64,000 nt of DNA from Lingula anatina. Lineage: Eukaryota > Animalia > Brachiopoda. A program made the translations under genes and the position numbers. The DNA lies in contig CM120649.1 in the NCBI GenBank assembly GCA_051362555.1, forward strand, positions 14,260,001-14,324,000, given 5' to 3'. This document shows, piece by piece, positions 61,601 through 64,000 of this stretch; the stretch's first letter is position 1; each line of letters begins with the position of its first letter. Under the pieces are notes generated by a model that was not told the DNA's origin, searched no databases, and saw only the letters and a program-made list of their open reading frames with translations.

Positions 61601-63490
61601 CCAAAAAGTCGGGTCCATTGGCAAGTGACGTCACCAACAACCCCAGCACCATCAAGCTTAGTCCAATAGCTACAACTTGTCGAAGGTCAAGGAGACCAAA
61701 CTCTGCCAATGCCAAGTATATCAAGCTGCTGAGGGATAGTTTGAATGCATAGTACACTGTTAAGGGGGCACCTGTAGAACAAACAAGCGAACATAAATAT
61801 TCTTAGAGCTTTCAAATACGCGTGAGCTACGAAAAAAAGGTAAAATTCGGTAGATATTCCGTACATTAATATGTGCCTAATACATTTTAGATTAGCTCAT
61901 TTTGATAAAAAGCTAAGATATTTTGAAGAGGACAGAACAATGGGTATTCTTCGGAAAGAAAAAAACACATCATTTGAGTACTTATTCTCGCAACGACTCT
62001 TTTTTACTGACACAGATCCATTTTTTACAAACTTGTTATTATTAATATATCGTTTTTTAGGATGGTTATTGTTCGATCCTCAGTCTATTCGTTTGATGGC
62101 CGTGATTTCTTCTATTTTTCATTTAGTTTTAATCACTTTTTCACCATAAAATCCATTTTTCATTTAATTCTATAGAAAATTTTGCTACAAGAGTAATTAC
62201 TAGCATACGTCTTGGCGATTTATTCAGGGGAAGGCAAAGCACGCGTAAACTGTTGTCGTTGAGCGGGAATCATGCAGTACTTTATTTGTTTGCTCTTATA
62301 CCGAATTTAGTAACAGCTCGTAAGTGTCTTCACCACAATACCATAGAACCGAAATCATAATCGTCTTTTCATCAGCCTGGTTGTTTGACTTTTCCTTTCT
62401 TTTTTTTTCTATTTCTCTTTGTGATACTATGACTAGTAGTCCATAAGGTTACCTTTGATATCGTTTCAAACCATTTCCATTTTCGTGAGTACATGTGATA
62501 TCTGTTTATAGATTTCTCTAAAAGAAGTAGAAACAATGTAATACTGAAGACCTCTAACCATACTAAATGTGCCAAATTTCCATAAGTCGTCAGTAAAAAG
62601 CATAACCCTCGACCTTCCGGAACAAATTTTACGTTCTAACCAATAGGAAGACCTATATTGCCGGTAAGGCGAATTTGAAGTAAACGTTTTTGAAGGGACT
62701 AGGCTTGATTGCTTAGCAGTACTCGCTCGCGCTCTTCTACCTTTTCTATGATAGTAACGGTCAAGGTCACAAGAGAATTGATGTTAATTTGATTTCTCCT
62801 ATTGGCTGACCAACTCACCACATTGACAGGAAAAAAGTTCCAGTATAAATGTTCAAATCATGGCACATTGGCAAGGAACGGACACAAACTAATTACTTTG
62901 GGTCAATGCGATTTGTGATGCTCCAAATGTTTTGCACTCACAAAAAATAGAATAGCATATTCGTTTCTGAGCGAATTTTCCGTCCATACCCTATGGACTA
63001 TAGTCGGTGGCAAGGAGCAGGCAAGGGAATTGTTATGTAAGTACCTAAGGTGAACTCTTGTCACAGAAGTTTAGTTGCAATGTTTGATCATATTTCGTGT
63101 ACTAAACCATGTACTTCTAGTGAATAAGATTTCACTCTGCAAAGTTCAATTAACGCAGCCACAGCATAAGGTCTGCTTGTGTGGACTTTCTCGACTCCCA
63201 CATATTGGCTGTCAATTTCAGCTAATCAAAATTGAACGTCGGCATAAGCTCCTCGATATAAAGACGTCCTGTGTGTCGCATACAATAGACAACTCGTTTT
63301 GTAACTACCGTGGGTTATACATGTACATATTCTTACCTAGCAGTGCAAGAGACGATGTCGGGAAATCTTCATCCTGCTGAAGGCACAATATCGTTGTTCC
63401 CCACGAGTTCCCAATTCCCGCCCAGAAAACAAATAATAGAACAGTTATCCCAAGCACTACCCAACCCCTGTACAGGGGAGAAGATATCAT
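58684..63490 (-). CDS. SLC16/monocarboxylate transporter family MFS protein, paralog B (429 aa)
   Basis: Exons 63490-63337, 61771-61460, 61258-61078, 60523-60406, 59961-59736, 59415-59278, 58844-58684 total 1290 nt. Same intron positions as paralog A. Confidence 0.88.
59981..60164. mobile_element. Foldback MITE related to 4864-5121
   Basis: gcattcataacaacggactaacagatccgcggatcaaatatggcc ... gccatatttgatcagcggtcctgttggtccgattttctgaatgc. Confidence 0.65.
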
Positions 63491-64000
63491 TGTTGACTGG
63501 TGTCACGGTCTCGGACTGAGGTCGCAATCAGACCGCGTAGTGAGAAAAGTGTGTCCTCTGTATCATATTGGGTCACCAAAGCTATATCTTCTACCAGGTC
63601 CACTGATTGATTTTCTCTAGATATTCACAGAAAATGTCTCAGGCTAAATATGTTCAATCTTCTAACTGCGCTGCTGGTGGAAAATTTGAACCTTATACCT
63701 GCCGCCTTGGTAGAGGGTACCAAAGGTACTGTACAAGGTAGAGAGAAAGCACGAGGTGCGGAGCTTTGAGCAAAACACAAGAGATAATTGGCGAGGCCAA
63801 GCATGAAGCCCTGGAACATTGACGGTTGAATGGGGCACAGCGTGTACTTTTTCTAGTGCCCTTTACCCTTATATCAGGGTGTTGTCGCGAAGGCCAAGCG
63901 AATACATTGTTTCATTATATTTTGCGTGTGATCTAATTATAGCAACTCTGTACGATTAGTTTTGTTAGTTCACTTCATAATAAGGGGTGTCAGAGCATCA

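Overview
AT-rich, intron-containing eukaryotic DNA. The gene content and microsatellites suggest a marine invertebrate, probably a lophotrochozoan (inference only). Spliced genes built by hand from GT-AG junctions with consistent phase: two tandem copies of a secreted 516-aa protein made of four Trp-rich ~110-135-aa repeats; a KTEL-ending type-B carboxylesterase; an RHBDD1/RHBDL4 rhomboid protease with a greatly lengthened UIM-to-VBM linker; two tandem genes for 13-aa GPNPPGP(I/V)GGPGR repeat peptides; a 12-exon, 806-aa CARD / TRADD-N-like / MAVS-type CARD / glycine-zipper protein; and two tandem SLC16/MCT transporters. Pseudogenes: a DUF1647-like gene and a proteinase-K-type subtilase split by a Tc1 insertion. 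Mobile DNA: two Tc1 (DD34E) copies plus a derived MITE, a TIR element carrying a RecQ-helicase fragment, two ultra-short P-like hairpins with 7-bp TSDs, and several other MITEs. The best candidates for an undescribed system are the dual-CARD glycine-zipper protein (possible immune or cell-death membrane effector) and the repeat-peptide precursor genes next to it. All domain calls come from motif recognition by eye; no database search was run.
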